The position numbers and the translations under genes were made by a program. Below the pieces are notes generated by a model, which was not told where the DNA came from, made no database searches, and saw only the letters and a list, made by a program, of their open reading frames with translations. From the NCBI RefSeq assembly GCF_006345805.1, contig NC_043005.1, positions 11,098,001 through 11,162,000 of the forward strand: a stretch of DNA of 64,000 nt, written 5' to 3'. This DNA comes from Octopus sinensis. Taxonomy: Eukaryota. Below, in pieces: positions 52,869-63,950 of this stretch. Positions within the stretch are counted from its first letter, which is position 1. Every line of letters starts with the position of its first letter.

Positions 52869-53030
52869 GTATGGATGTATAAAAAATATATATAAATACA
52901 AAATGGGACAAGAACGCAAAACATTCAAATAGACGACACAAAAAACGGACGGGTCATTCGAAGCCTCTAATCTTCAGTCAAGAACCGGATCATCCTCTCA
53001 ATTTCGGCTGATTAATCTGATTAATATATA

Positions 53031-53066
<36 letters not shown>

Positions 53067-53118
53067 GGGAGAGAGAAAGAGGAAGGAGGGGAGAAAGTGG
53101 TAAATAGATAGATAGACA

Positions 53119-53169
<51 letters not shown>

Positions 53170-53180
53170 TATATATATAT

Positions 53181-53229
<49 letters not shown>

Positions 53230-53345
53230 GTAAAAAAATACAAACTGAGACAAGAACGTGAAACATTTAGAAGACGACACAAAAGAAGGCGAGACATTCG
53301 AAGCCTTCAATCTTCAGTCAAGAACCGGATCATCTTCGCAATTTT
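52490..53345. mobile_element. Inverted-repeat element(s) in (TA)n enclosing a SINE A fragment
   Basis: Arm 52490-52640 is the reverse complement of 52870-53020; a third, diverged arm at 53235-53345. Confidence 0.7.
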
Positions 53346-53524
53346 GATACCCGAGTAAGCACATAAATGTGAAACAAGGTGGGAGGAATACTGGAGGTAG
53401 AGAAAAATATGCTATATTATTAAATCTGCAATAACATCACAAAAATATCACAAAAATATCACAAAATATTGCTACTCACAGTTTCACGTTCCCGCTCGTC
53501 ATATATATATATATATATACGTAC

Positions 53525-53965
53525 GGACGCAGGCGTGGCTCTATAGTAAGAAGCTTGCCACATGGTTTTGCGTTGCAACTTGGGCAAGCGTTTTCTACTA
53601 TAGCGCCGGGCCGACCAAAGCCTTGTGGGTGGATTTGGTAGACGGAAACTGAAAGACCGTCGTACACACACACACATACACACACACACCTGCATATACA
53701 CACATGCATACACACACAACATGTATGTATATATATATACTTATATGCGTGTGCGTATGTGTGAAAATGAGTATTTGTGTGTCTGTGTTTGACTTTCCAC
53801 CTTCACGTAACAATCGATGTCGCTGTGTTTATGCCCCCGTAAATTAGAGGTTCGTCAAAAGAGACCAATAGAATAAGTATTAGGCTTACAAAGAATAAGT
53901 CCTGGGGTCGATTTGTTCGACTAAAGGCAATGCTCCAGCATGGCCGTAGTCACATTCCTGAAACA
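53525..53965 (+). mobile_element. Diverged SINE family A
   Basis: ggcgtggctctatagtaagaagcttg...gggccgaccaaagccttgtgggtgg...ctccagcatggccg. Confidence 0.8.
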
Positions 53966-54015
53966 ACTAAACATATATATATGTGCGTGTGTGTATATGT
54001 GTATATATATATGTA

Positions 54016-54056
<41 letters not shown>

Positions 54057-54793
54057 TAGGAATGAAGAGGAAATGCTCATGTCACATTGCAAATTGCTGG
54101 AGTTACTGAAAGAGATAAGAGAGAAGGCATGCTCAAACCGATATCGTGATTTACAAGAGAATGAACGCCGTTTAAGTTATGCAAAGGGTCAAATGCTGGT
54201 GTTAAAAATGGGTGACGGATTAAAACTGTCACCGAAAGACGCTATCGCTAGATTTCATCTCAAAGCGCAAACAGTCGAAAGAAATTCCGCAACGCATCTG
54301 ACACGATGTTCTTATCGTTTCGATAATCGAGCGTACCGTATTGGTAATCGTATTATCAATTCTAAAATCGATGAAAAGAAAATTTAACATCAGAGTACAG
54401 AAAATCAGAGCAAATATCCCAAGCTTCAGTGACTCCAGTGACTTCAATGATTAAGGCAGGTTCGTTCTGGGTGCTGTTTATTCCAGGATAAATCAGGATT
54501 GAGCAAACTTTTGGAATTATAGCTGTGGCCATCCACCCGTTAGTCAGAAGACCCACCAAATTTTTTTTCAAAAATTTTATCATTGACTGCATAATCTAAT
54601 ATGTTATTCCGAAGACTACGTGATGTGACTTAAAGTGAGATTGATATGTTATTTCATGCAGATCGAGTTGAGGTACTGCAAGGCATAATTCTACAGGCCT
54701 GCTTAGATTAATGAGTAATTATCATTAAACTGATCTGAAAGTAAAACACAAGGATATTCATGTTAAGGCAAGGATATTGCCGAGATAATCAAT

Positions 54794-55193
54794 ATAATTT
54801 TCTACTCTAGACACAAGGCCCGAAATTTTAGGGGAGAGGACCAGTCGCTTAGATCGACCCCAGTACGCAACTAGTACTTAATTTATCGACTCCGAAAGGA
54901 TGAAAGGTAAAGTCAACCTCGGCGGAATTTGAACTCAGTACGTAGCGGCAGGTGAAATACCTATTTCTTTACTACTTAGAAGGGGCTACACACAGAGGGG
55001 ACAAACAAGGACAGACAAACGGATTAAGTGGATTACATCGACCCCAGTGCGTAAGTGGTACTTAATTTATCGACCCCGAAAGGATGAAAGGCAAAGTCGA
55101 CCTCGGCGGAATTTGAACTCAGAACGTAACGGCAGATGAAATACCGCTAAGCATTTCGCCCGGCGTGCTAACGTTTCTGCCAGCTCGCCGCCT
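54794..55193 (-). mobile_element. SINE family B heterodimer with 14-bp TSD
   Basis: ccgagataatcaat at 54780-54793 and 55194-55207. Confidence 0.92.
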
Positions 55194-55738
55194 CCGAGAT
55201 AATCAATTACGATTAGTGACTTTATCGATCACTACTAGAAGGATGAAAAAAAAAAGGAAAGCAGCTAAATATTGTCCAACGTTCTGCCAATCCATCAATC
55301 TCCAGGAAATTTTTTTTTAAAGTCATAATATCGATATTTGATTTGAAATAATGCTGAAGTCCTGGACTTCAGGTTTAGTTATGACAAAAGCCTGGTAATA
55401 AAATGTATGAATATTTCCTACAAAAGACCTTGCTTTAAGCGAAAAAGCGCTTTTCTTTTTAAGGGCAATTCTTTGGCGGTGACTTAGAAAACTGAAATCG
55501 TTATATAGCTTAAATATTTCAGTTGAACTCATTTAATTTCTCTTCAACCAATAATGAGTCTGAAAAAAGCACGAAAATAGCATCCTCTTACTTTCTTTTA
55601 AACTCGAGAATATACTCTGCTCAACAATCAACAATTCTTTCTGGACAGTCATACATCAAAGGATACTCTTTCCTCGACTTGAAATAGCAATGTCTGTTTT
55701 CAACTTCATCTGAGACAAGTACTTTTTAGCGGAGATTT

Positions 55739-56093
55739 TATTACATCCGCCATCGCTAAGGCGGAGGTATTGCTTTCAGTTTGTTTGTTTGTCCGTGGAC
55801 AAGATACCTAAAGAACCGCTGAATGGATTTGGGTGAAACTTTCAATGATGTTTGGCCTTGTAACTGGCACGAACTGATTAAGTTTTAGGATCGATCCGGT
55901 ACCGGACAAGGATTCTGGATTATTTATCCTGTTTTTTTTTTACTTAATTTTTGAGAGCAGTCGGGTTCATATTTAGTATTCTAGTTTGTAAGAGCGGTCG
56001 AGTTTATATCAGATATTCTCATTTAAAAATTCACCTCTGGCTAATCGTTGGCGTTGCTTTGGCGGAGATTTGCGTACTTTGAGTGCTCTTGTT
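55739..56093 (+). mobile_element. Helentron-associated non-autonomous element (HINE/DINE-1-like)
   Basis: 5' ttacatccgcc..aaggcggagg short inverted repeat, (GTTT)n then gtcc tract, 3' ttggcggaga subterminal repeat followed by gcgtactttgagtgc stem-loop and ttgtt. Confidence 0.75.
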
Positions 56094-56519
56094 CTTATTG
56101 TTTTTAGCCCCAGGTCAGTTCTGATCTAGTAGACCCATCAGTAATCAAATACATTGTCTTTTAATGTTTCTAGGATTATATTTATCCAATATCTCATTTG
56201 TCTTAAAAGACAGAAGAATGCAATTTGAGAAGAATTTAGCTGTTATTTCTATTGAATTATAACCACGTATGTTGATAAACCTCGTAAGGTAAGACTAAAA
56301 CCTCAACCAAATCATTCCACTCTCTTAAAAAATATATGGCTGTGTTTATAATATTTATTTTTTTATAAAACATTAAAATTGCAAACAAATTTCTCTCAAG
56401 CAGTTAAAAATCTTTTCTTTTTGTTTTTTTAAATATTCTGTCTTCTTTTCGCTTTCCTCTTTTCCTATTTCTCTTTTATCTTTTTCGCTTTCACTGTCTT
56501 TGTTTCTCAGTCTCTTATT

Positions 56520-56927
56520 TATGTATATATGTGTATATGTGTGCGTGTGTATGCGTGTGTTATGCGTATGTTGTGTATGTATACTCGTGTGTGCGTATGC
56601 TGTGTGTATGCTGTGTGTATGCTGTGAGCGTATGTGCGAGTGTATGCTGTAAGTGTGTGTGTGTGTGCGTATGTATGCGTGTGTTGTATGTTGTGTATGT
56701 ATGCTGGTGTGCGTATGCTGTGTGTATGCTGTGAGAGTATGTGCGAGTGTATGTTGTGAGCGCGTATGTGTGTGCGCGTGTGTATGCGTGTGCTGTATGT
56801 TGTGTGTATGCTGTGAGCGTGTGTGTGCGTGTGCACGTATGTGTGTGCATCTGGATGCGTGTTCTGTATGTTGTGTATGTATGTTCGTGTGTGTATGCTG
56901 TGAGCGTATGTGCGAGTGTATGCTATG

Positions 56928-56971
<44 letters not shown>

Positions 56972-57090
56972 CTGTGTGTATGTTGTATGCATATATGTGT
57001 GTATGTTGTGAGCATGTGTGTGTGCACCGACGCGCGGATATGTGCATGCGTATGCATGTATGTATACTTGCATGCGTGTATATGTGTGTG
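56520..57090. repeat. Degenerate (GT)n with higher-order units
   Basis: gctgtgagcgtatgtgcgagtgtatg recurs three times. Confidence 0.85.
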
Positions 57091-57528
57091 TACGCGTTTA
57101 TATTCAGGCTTTAGAAATATAATTTCGTAAAAAAAACAAAAATAAGGACATAAAACATATTTCATTTTCAAGTTGTTTACGTTTTGTCTGATTTTCTTCC
57201 TTTCTTCCTCTCTCTCTCTCTCTCTCTCTCTCTCCTTGTTTCTTCCTTCTTGTCTGTCTCTCAGTCTCTCGATTTCTCTCTCTCTTCCTATTCATCTGTC
57301 TCTCTTCCCCTCTCTCTGTTTCTCCGCTCCTCTCTATCTCGCTCCCTCTTTTTTTTTTTTCTCTGTACCCTTTCTTCTTTGCCTGCCCCTCCCCTTATAC
57401 GTATAAGCAGGAATCAGATAGGGAGACAGCTATACGAATATAAAAATGTACGAATGTATGTATGTGTTTAAATATTTATTCATATTTTATACGAACACTC
57501 GTATTACATACATACATACATACATAAT

Positions 57529-57589
<61 letters not shown>

Positions 57590-57604
57590 CATATATATGT
57601 ATAT

Positions 57605-57760
57605 ATACGACGGACGTCTTTTCTTTTCCACTCACAAGGCTTTATTCGGCCGGAGGCTATAGTAGAAGACACTTGCCCAAGGTGCCACGTAGTGGAACTG
57701 AATCTGGAACCATTGTGGTTGGAAAGGAAGCTTCTTACAACACAGCCACTCCTGCGCCTA
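57605..57760 (-). mobile_element. SINE A fragment, near-identical to 52665-52820
   Basis: Shares private variants cggacgtcttt, ttattcggccggagg, ggaaaggaagcttcttacaac. Confidence 0.88.
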
Positions 57761-57793
57761 TATACATACATACATACATATATATATATATAT

Positions 57794-57825
<32 letters not shown>

Positions 57826-57882
57826 ATGCATATATATATATATATGCATATAATATATATATATGCATAATATATATATATA

Positions 57883-57920
<38 letters not shown>

Positions 57921-57940
57921 TATATATATACATATATGCA

Positions 57941-57983
<43 letters not shown>

Positions 57984-58620
57984 GAGAGAGAGAGAGAGGG
58001 GAGGGGAGAAAGAGGTAAATAGATAGATAGACAGACAGACAGATATATATTATATATATATATATAATTGATAAACAGAAATATAGGTTATTATATAGAA
58101 AACGTTAAGGTGAATAAGTGGTGTAAACATAAACGTACACGAAGAAAAGATTATAGAGAAATAGAAAATAAAATAACATAAGATAAAATAAAAAAAACTG
58201 CCGTGTGTTCAAACTTTGTCGTTGATAAAATGTTGGAATCTGGTGTACATGAATAATGGATACTGTTTTACAGATGTTATATCTACCGGAAGCAAAACCA
58301 ATGATTGCTGGCAGATTGCTTTTGAATGATATTTTTCTTTCGATGCTAGAATCAGATGCAGTTTCATAGATACTTGCCGTAGTGCACATCAAACTCTATT
58401 GTTAAAAAACATTGTTGAGAATGGTCGGTTTTGTAAACCTGTGTTGTTAACAATCACCGAGAATATAGTTTAGAAATTGTCTACTTTTACTTTCACATTC
58501 GGATTAATTACTGCTTTCTACTTTACTTTGTTCTTCAATTTTTATCGTTTGATAAACATTCCAACTGTGACCATCCCATCGTCTTCTCTGGCGAATCATA
58601 TTTATGATTAATTAATCTAG

Positions 58621-59276
58621 AATTAATTGTTATCGCCATAATATGGCATTCTTATAGATATAAGAATAATCGCTGCCGCTGGTCAGCTCCATGAGGCCAC
58701 CGCCTTAAGATATCTATTGATACACGATCTGTATCCATTATAACCTTCGAACAAGGGAGGTCAGCCGCCTCACACTGCCAGTCCGACAGCTACAGACGCG
58801 TTTCGGGGTATTGCCCCTTGTCAATGTAGCGCAGTCAGACCCCGCAGGTGTCGCTACTGACGTCTCTGTTCGAAGGCTTATATTTACCTAGTTTCAGTGG
58901 AATACATCCACTTGTTTTCAATAATAGAAATATTAAAATTACTAAGTCTCTATAAAAGAGATTACGACAGCGTTTACTGGAAATTAATTGTTATCGCCAT
59001 ATTAATATGGCATTCTTATAGATATAAGAATAATCGCTGCCGCTGGTCAGCTCCATGAGGCCACCGCCTTAAGATAGCTATTGATACACGATCTGTATCC
59101 ATTATAACCTTCGAACAAGGTTATAATGGATACAGATCGTGTATCAATAGCTATCTTAAGGCGATTATTCTTATATCTATAAGAATGCCATATTAATATG
59201 GCGATAACAATTAATTTCCAGTAAACGCTGTCGTAATATCTTCTATAGAGACTTAGTAATTTTAATATTTCTATTA
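58621..59276 (-). mobile_element. Penelope-type composite insertion (partial direct repeat plus fold-back) with 8-bp TSD
   Basis: 58621-58756 repeated at 58982-59120; 59118-59276 is the inverted copy of 58921-59110 lacking one ~30-bp segment; taatctag at 58613-58620 and 59277-59284. Confidence 0.85.
58781..58840 (-). ncRNA. Type-I hammerhead ribozyme with U3:A8 variant core
   Basis: GTCTGAC-TGC-GCTACA-TTGACAA-GGGG(CAATA)CCCC-GAA-ACGCGT-C-TGTAGC-T-GTCGGAC; all stems pair, internal bulge in stem I. Confidence 0.82.
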
Positions 59277-59669
59277 TAATCTAGTATTATCAACTATTTT
59301 TAAGACGGCTGGATAAATAATGAATTTAAGCTTGAAAGAGACTCTAAGACGTAACTTGGTTAAGAGTATAGTGCTTTTAGTTCCTTTATTCTTTTCCTTT
59401 ATACTTTAAATCTGCCACTAGTCTTCTGGGCAAAAGTATAAACATCTCCCAGTATTTTTTACCTCTAACTCGACTGTATTGATCACCACTTTATATGTAT
59501 AACTCTGATTATGAAATTTGAGTAATTTCTCATTCATAGCACAAATATACTGTATGTGAGAAAATAAATGCTTATTGATTAATTCTATACCAAAATTTAT
59601 TTGCAGCAGTTATCCTTAATTGCTTTTGATATTACTGCACCGATGGCAACATCGCAGTCATGAACATCC

Positions 59670-59695
59670 AGTCTTTATGATTATTATTACTATTA

Positions 59696-59764
<69 letters not shown>

Positions 59765-59777
59765 GTTGTTGTTGTTG

Positions 59778-59814
<37 letters not shown>

Positions 59815-59838
59815 CATTATTATTATTATTATTATTAT

Positions 59839-59875
<37 letters not shown>

Positions 59876-59906
59876 GTTGTTGTTGTTACTGTTGTTGTTG
59901 TTGTTG

Positions 59907-59943
<37 letters not shown>

Positions 59944-60015
59944 CATTATTATTATTATTATTTTTATTATTATTATCATTGGCGGAGATGAAACTAGATA
60001 AAATAATTTTAAAAA

Positions 60016-60065
<50 letters not shown>
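59670..60065. repeat. (ATT)n/(GTT)n/(CTA)n microsatellite
   Basis: Directly visible. Confidence 0.95.
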
Positions 60066-60067
<2 letters not shown>

Positions 60068-61140
60068 TTATAGAATATATAGGAGTACAATTTTCGAAGT
60101 GTTTCTTTTCCCAAAGAGATTTGGCTGGTATTTCTTGCAAGTTTAGTGCCCACATAGAGCTTCTTTGTGCGTCAGTATATTCTGATAATGGTCGCTTTTT
60201 GTTGGCAGTGAGTATACCAGTAAATAGTGTTGAGGGCAGTGAATTTATTGATGTTGCAGCTATTACAGTGATTGGACTATTCGATAGGTTTGTGTGAGAA
60301 AGTGTATTCACGATGTTGGACTTGCAGCCTTCTTGTGATATTGTGTGTGTGTGTGTGGTATTTGGAAGCGATTCTTCATGTAATAAAAATGGCGACTATA
60401 GGGTGGAGACAATTACTTGCTGCAACTGCAAATGTACAACAAGCGGTACCCCTTGCGTATACAAGTGGGTCTCTGCTTTTAGTATTTTTGCTTCGTTGTA
60501 TCGGTGGTTTGTGCAGAAGCTGTTATGTCTAGTACACCCTTTTCGTGTTCTATCTATGTAGCTTCTTATGAGGAATGGATAAGTCAAATCTTAATATTGT
60601 GATTGCTCTTAGTATGTTTGGGCGCAATTTTCCTCTCTTTACTGTGTATTAAATATAAGTTGCGAAGTCGTGTGTAGCTCCTAATATATTTTTCTATATT
60701 TCAGTGGATTTGGTTGGCACTACTTTAAGACTGTTGTTGTTAGGCTTCCAAGTAATTTAAGTAGTTGTGCAGCATTATCTAACGAATGGTGGGAAGATGC
60801 CATCTGTATATTTTGTAGGATGGCTATGTGGGTATCGGTTGGATAAAGTAGGTGAAAGGCCGGATCCCTATGGTACACAAATCAGTAAGGTGCAGCTTCT
60901 GGACGTGTTGTTCTTGTAAATACATAGCCTTGGTGGCCTGACCGTTCGTTTGGTTTCTTAAAATGTGCTGAGTAATTTTTGCATGCGAGTACAACGAGGA
61001 ATGGAGTCAAAAGAGTTACTAATATCGGTGACAAACTAAATCCACGTGAGAGAAGGTTCTTTTTTTTCTGTTCTTAAAACTTATATATATTTTCTGTGTT
61101 AGGTGTATAGAGTGGTGTTTGAGCTAAACTGTTGAATGCA

Positions 61141-61455
61141 TGTTGTTGTTGTTGTTGTTTATTCCTTCTCGAGCCATGGCTGGCTCATTAGGGCCGGTTT
61201 CCCCCGGTTTCTTTGGCGTATAGGTTCCCCACCTGGACGGGACCCCGGTCCGTCGCAGGTGAGCTGCAAGAAGCAGGAGGAAAGAGTGAGGGAAAGTTGT
61301 GGCGAAAGAGTCAGCAGAAGTTCGCCATTACCTTCTGCGGAAACTCCCGTGGAGCTTAGGTGTTTTCGCTCATAAACACACACATCGCCCAGTCTGAGAT
61401 TCGAACCCGCAATACCTCGACCGCGAGTCCGCCGCTCTAACAACTAAGCCATGTG
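61141..61455 (-). mobile_element. SINE family C2 with (AAC)n tail
   Basis: Homologous to 22750-23031. Confidence 0.85.
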
Positions 61456-61708
61456 TATGTTGTTATCCAAGCACTCAGAAATCAGCTGTTATGGAATTGT
61501 ATATGTCGTTCGTAATACGGTAATGTGATCTACATAATATAACTACGCTTGAGTTTCGGTTTGGCTTTTGAATTGCTATAGTTTTGCGCAGTTTTCAGAT
61601 TCATGGATTCTGACGATGTTGGTGTGAGTGTTTGTAGATGTTAAGGAGTGCTGTCATTCTTTAAGGTGGTGAGTCTTTTCGGTTAACGGTTTAGTTACAA
61701 CGCTGGCG

Positions 61709-62118
61709 GCGAGCTGGCAGAAACGTTAGCACGGCGGGCGAAATGCTTAGGGTATTTCGTCTGCCGTTACGTTGTGAGTTCAAATTCCGCCGAGGTCGAC
61801 TTTACCTTTCATCCTTTCGGGGTCGATAAATTAAGTACCAGTTACGCACTGGGGTCGATGTAATCGACTTAATGCCTATGTCTGTCCTTGTTTGTCTCCT
61901 TTATGTTTAGCCCCTTGTGGGTAATAAAGAAAGAGGTATTTCGTCTGCCGTTACGTTGTGAGTTCAAATTCCGCCGAGGTCGACTTTACCTTTCATCCTT
62001 TCGAGGTCGATAAACTAAGTACCAGTTACGCCCTGGAGTCGATGTAATCGACTTAATACCTATGTCTGTCTTTGTTTGTCCCCTCTATGTTTAGCCTCTT
62101 GTGGGTAATAAAGAAATA
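61709..62118 (+). mobile_element. SINE family B dimer with 21-bp TSD (1 mismatch)
   Basis: ggtttagtta(c/t)aacgctggcg at 61688-61708 and 62119-62139. Confidence 0.92.
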
Positions 62119-62389
62119 GGTTTAGTTATAACGCTGGCGCTTTTGAGCTTTTATACACTCTTGTATTTTTATTTATTTATGTTTTTGCTGGGGAGAAATG
62201 AAAAGGAGTGGTCAAAACTTTATCTAGGTGGAGTGGGTGCGTAATTTCGTTTTCTGTTCCTGTCTTTATGTGGATTTTCGTCGTTTGATTTCGAGAAACT
62301 TCTGATAAGGGTGTTTGCTTGATGTTGTAGTGTGGGTGTAGTATTTGAAGTTGCTTCTGTGACACGGTGTAGTGTGACGCTTGCTTTTT

Positions 62390-62430
62390 GGATGATGATG
62401 ATGATGATATTGATTATGACGACGATGAAG

Positions 62431-62489
<59 letters not shown>

Positions 62490-62609
62490 TCTATATAACG
62501 ATTTAGTGTTAGTTTTGTTGGTTAATATTATGGTTTTCTGTGTTGTTGTTAATAATAATGATGACTTATCGTCGTCGTTATCATCATCATCGTCATCATC
62601 ATCATCATC

Positions 62610-62644
<35 letters not shown>

Positions 62645-62766
62645 TATCATCATTGTCATCATCATCACCATCGTCGTCGTCGTCGACATCATCGTCGTCT
62701 TTGTCGTTGTCGACGTCGTCCGTATCATCATCGTCATCATCATCATCCTCATCATCATCATGATCA

Positions 62767-62806
<40 letters not shown>

Positions 62807-62823
62807 CCATCACCATCATCACC

Positions 62824-62857
<34 letters not shown>

Positions 62858-62904
62858 CCACCACCACCACTACCACCACCATCATCATCATCATCATCAT
62901 CATT

Positions 62905-62936
<32 letters not shown>

Positions 62937-62950
62937 CATCATCATCATTT
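62390..62950. repeat. (GAT)n then (CAT/CAC)n microsatellites
   Basis: Directly visible; source of the poly-M/D/H ORFs. Confidence 0.95.
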
Positions 62951-63385
62951 CTTTGCTCGGTTGTTTGATGTTGGATTTTTATTTCGGATTTGTGTGGGGG
63001 TTTTTTTTTTTATTGTGTATGAGGTTGTCTCTATTTATTATCATAATTTTTTTTAAAGAGATTGGCTGTTTCTAAGCGTAATTGGGGTATATATATATTT
63101 TTATATCTCTCTTTTTTTTTTTTAAAAAACTATCTTTTCATATTTTCTTATAGGAATATGTTGTTTATAACAATTCTATTTCCTTGAATGCATCTACCAC
63201 ACTTTCATTTGGCACTTGTTTAGTTGCTGAATGCTGAAAACCTTCATTCTACTTCCTAACGGAACTCATTTCATTGTGCTTTTTTTTCAAAAACCATTTA
63301 CATAGCATACATACACAAAGATATGATATTGAAAATACGCATATACACACAAATACACATCTTTCACATTATTTACAGTTGACGG

Positions 63386-63772
63386 GTGGAGGCGTAATGG
63401 CCCAGTGGTTAGGGCAGCGGACTCGCGGTCATAGGATCGCGGTTTCGATTCCCAGACCGGGCGTTGTGAGTGTTTATTGAGCGAAAACATCTAAAGCTCC
63501 ACGAGGCTCCGGCAGGGGATGGTGGTGACCCCTGCTGTACTCTTTCACCACAACATTTTCTCACTCTTTCTTCCTGTTTCTGTTGTACCTGTATTTCAAA
63601 GGGCCGGCCTTGTCACTCTCTGTGTCACGCTGAATATCCCCGAGAACTACGTTAAGGGTACACGTGTCTGTGGAATGCTCAGCCACTTACACGTTAATTT
63701 CACGAGCGGGCTGTTCCGTTGATTCGGATCAACCGGAACCCTCATCGTCGTAACCGACGGAGTGCTTCCACC
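63386..63772 (+). mobile_element. SINE family C inserted in the arm of a palindromic HHR element
   Basis: Full C copy; ca(g/t)ttgacgg on both sides. Confidence 0.92.
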
Positions 63773-63950
63773 ACATTTGACGGATATTTGTCCTCATCTT
63801 GTTTGTTGTTAACACAACGTTTCGGCTGATATACCCTCCAGCCTTCATCAGAGTTCTCATTCCTAAGGGCAAATGGCGTAGTAGTTAAGAGCGCGGGCTA
63901 CTAACCTCAAGATTCCGAGTTCTATTCCAGGCAGTGACCTGAATAATAAT
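63773..63950. mobile_element. Second copy of the 34.1-kb palindromic element (arm with HHR-like motif plus tRNA-like head)
   Basis: ttgacggatatttgtcctcatc..aacacaacgtttcggctgatataccctccagccttcatcag..ttctcattcctaagg, then ggcgtagtagttaagagcgcgggctactaacc..gacctgaataat. Confidence 0.8.

Larger units (their letters stand above)
60066..62390 (-). mobile_element. Very old LINE relic, probably R4/Dong-type, interrupted by SINEs
   Basis: Weak motifs only (ILKAET; ENEITHPLHLDK resembling ISHLLYMDD; ..LGKETLRKL at the end); 3' end abuts (TAA)n. Confidence 0.4.
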
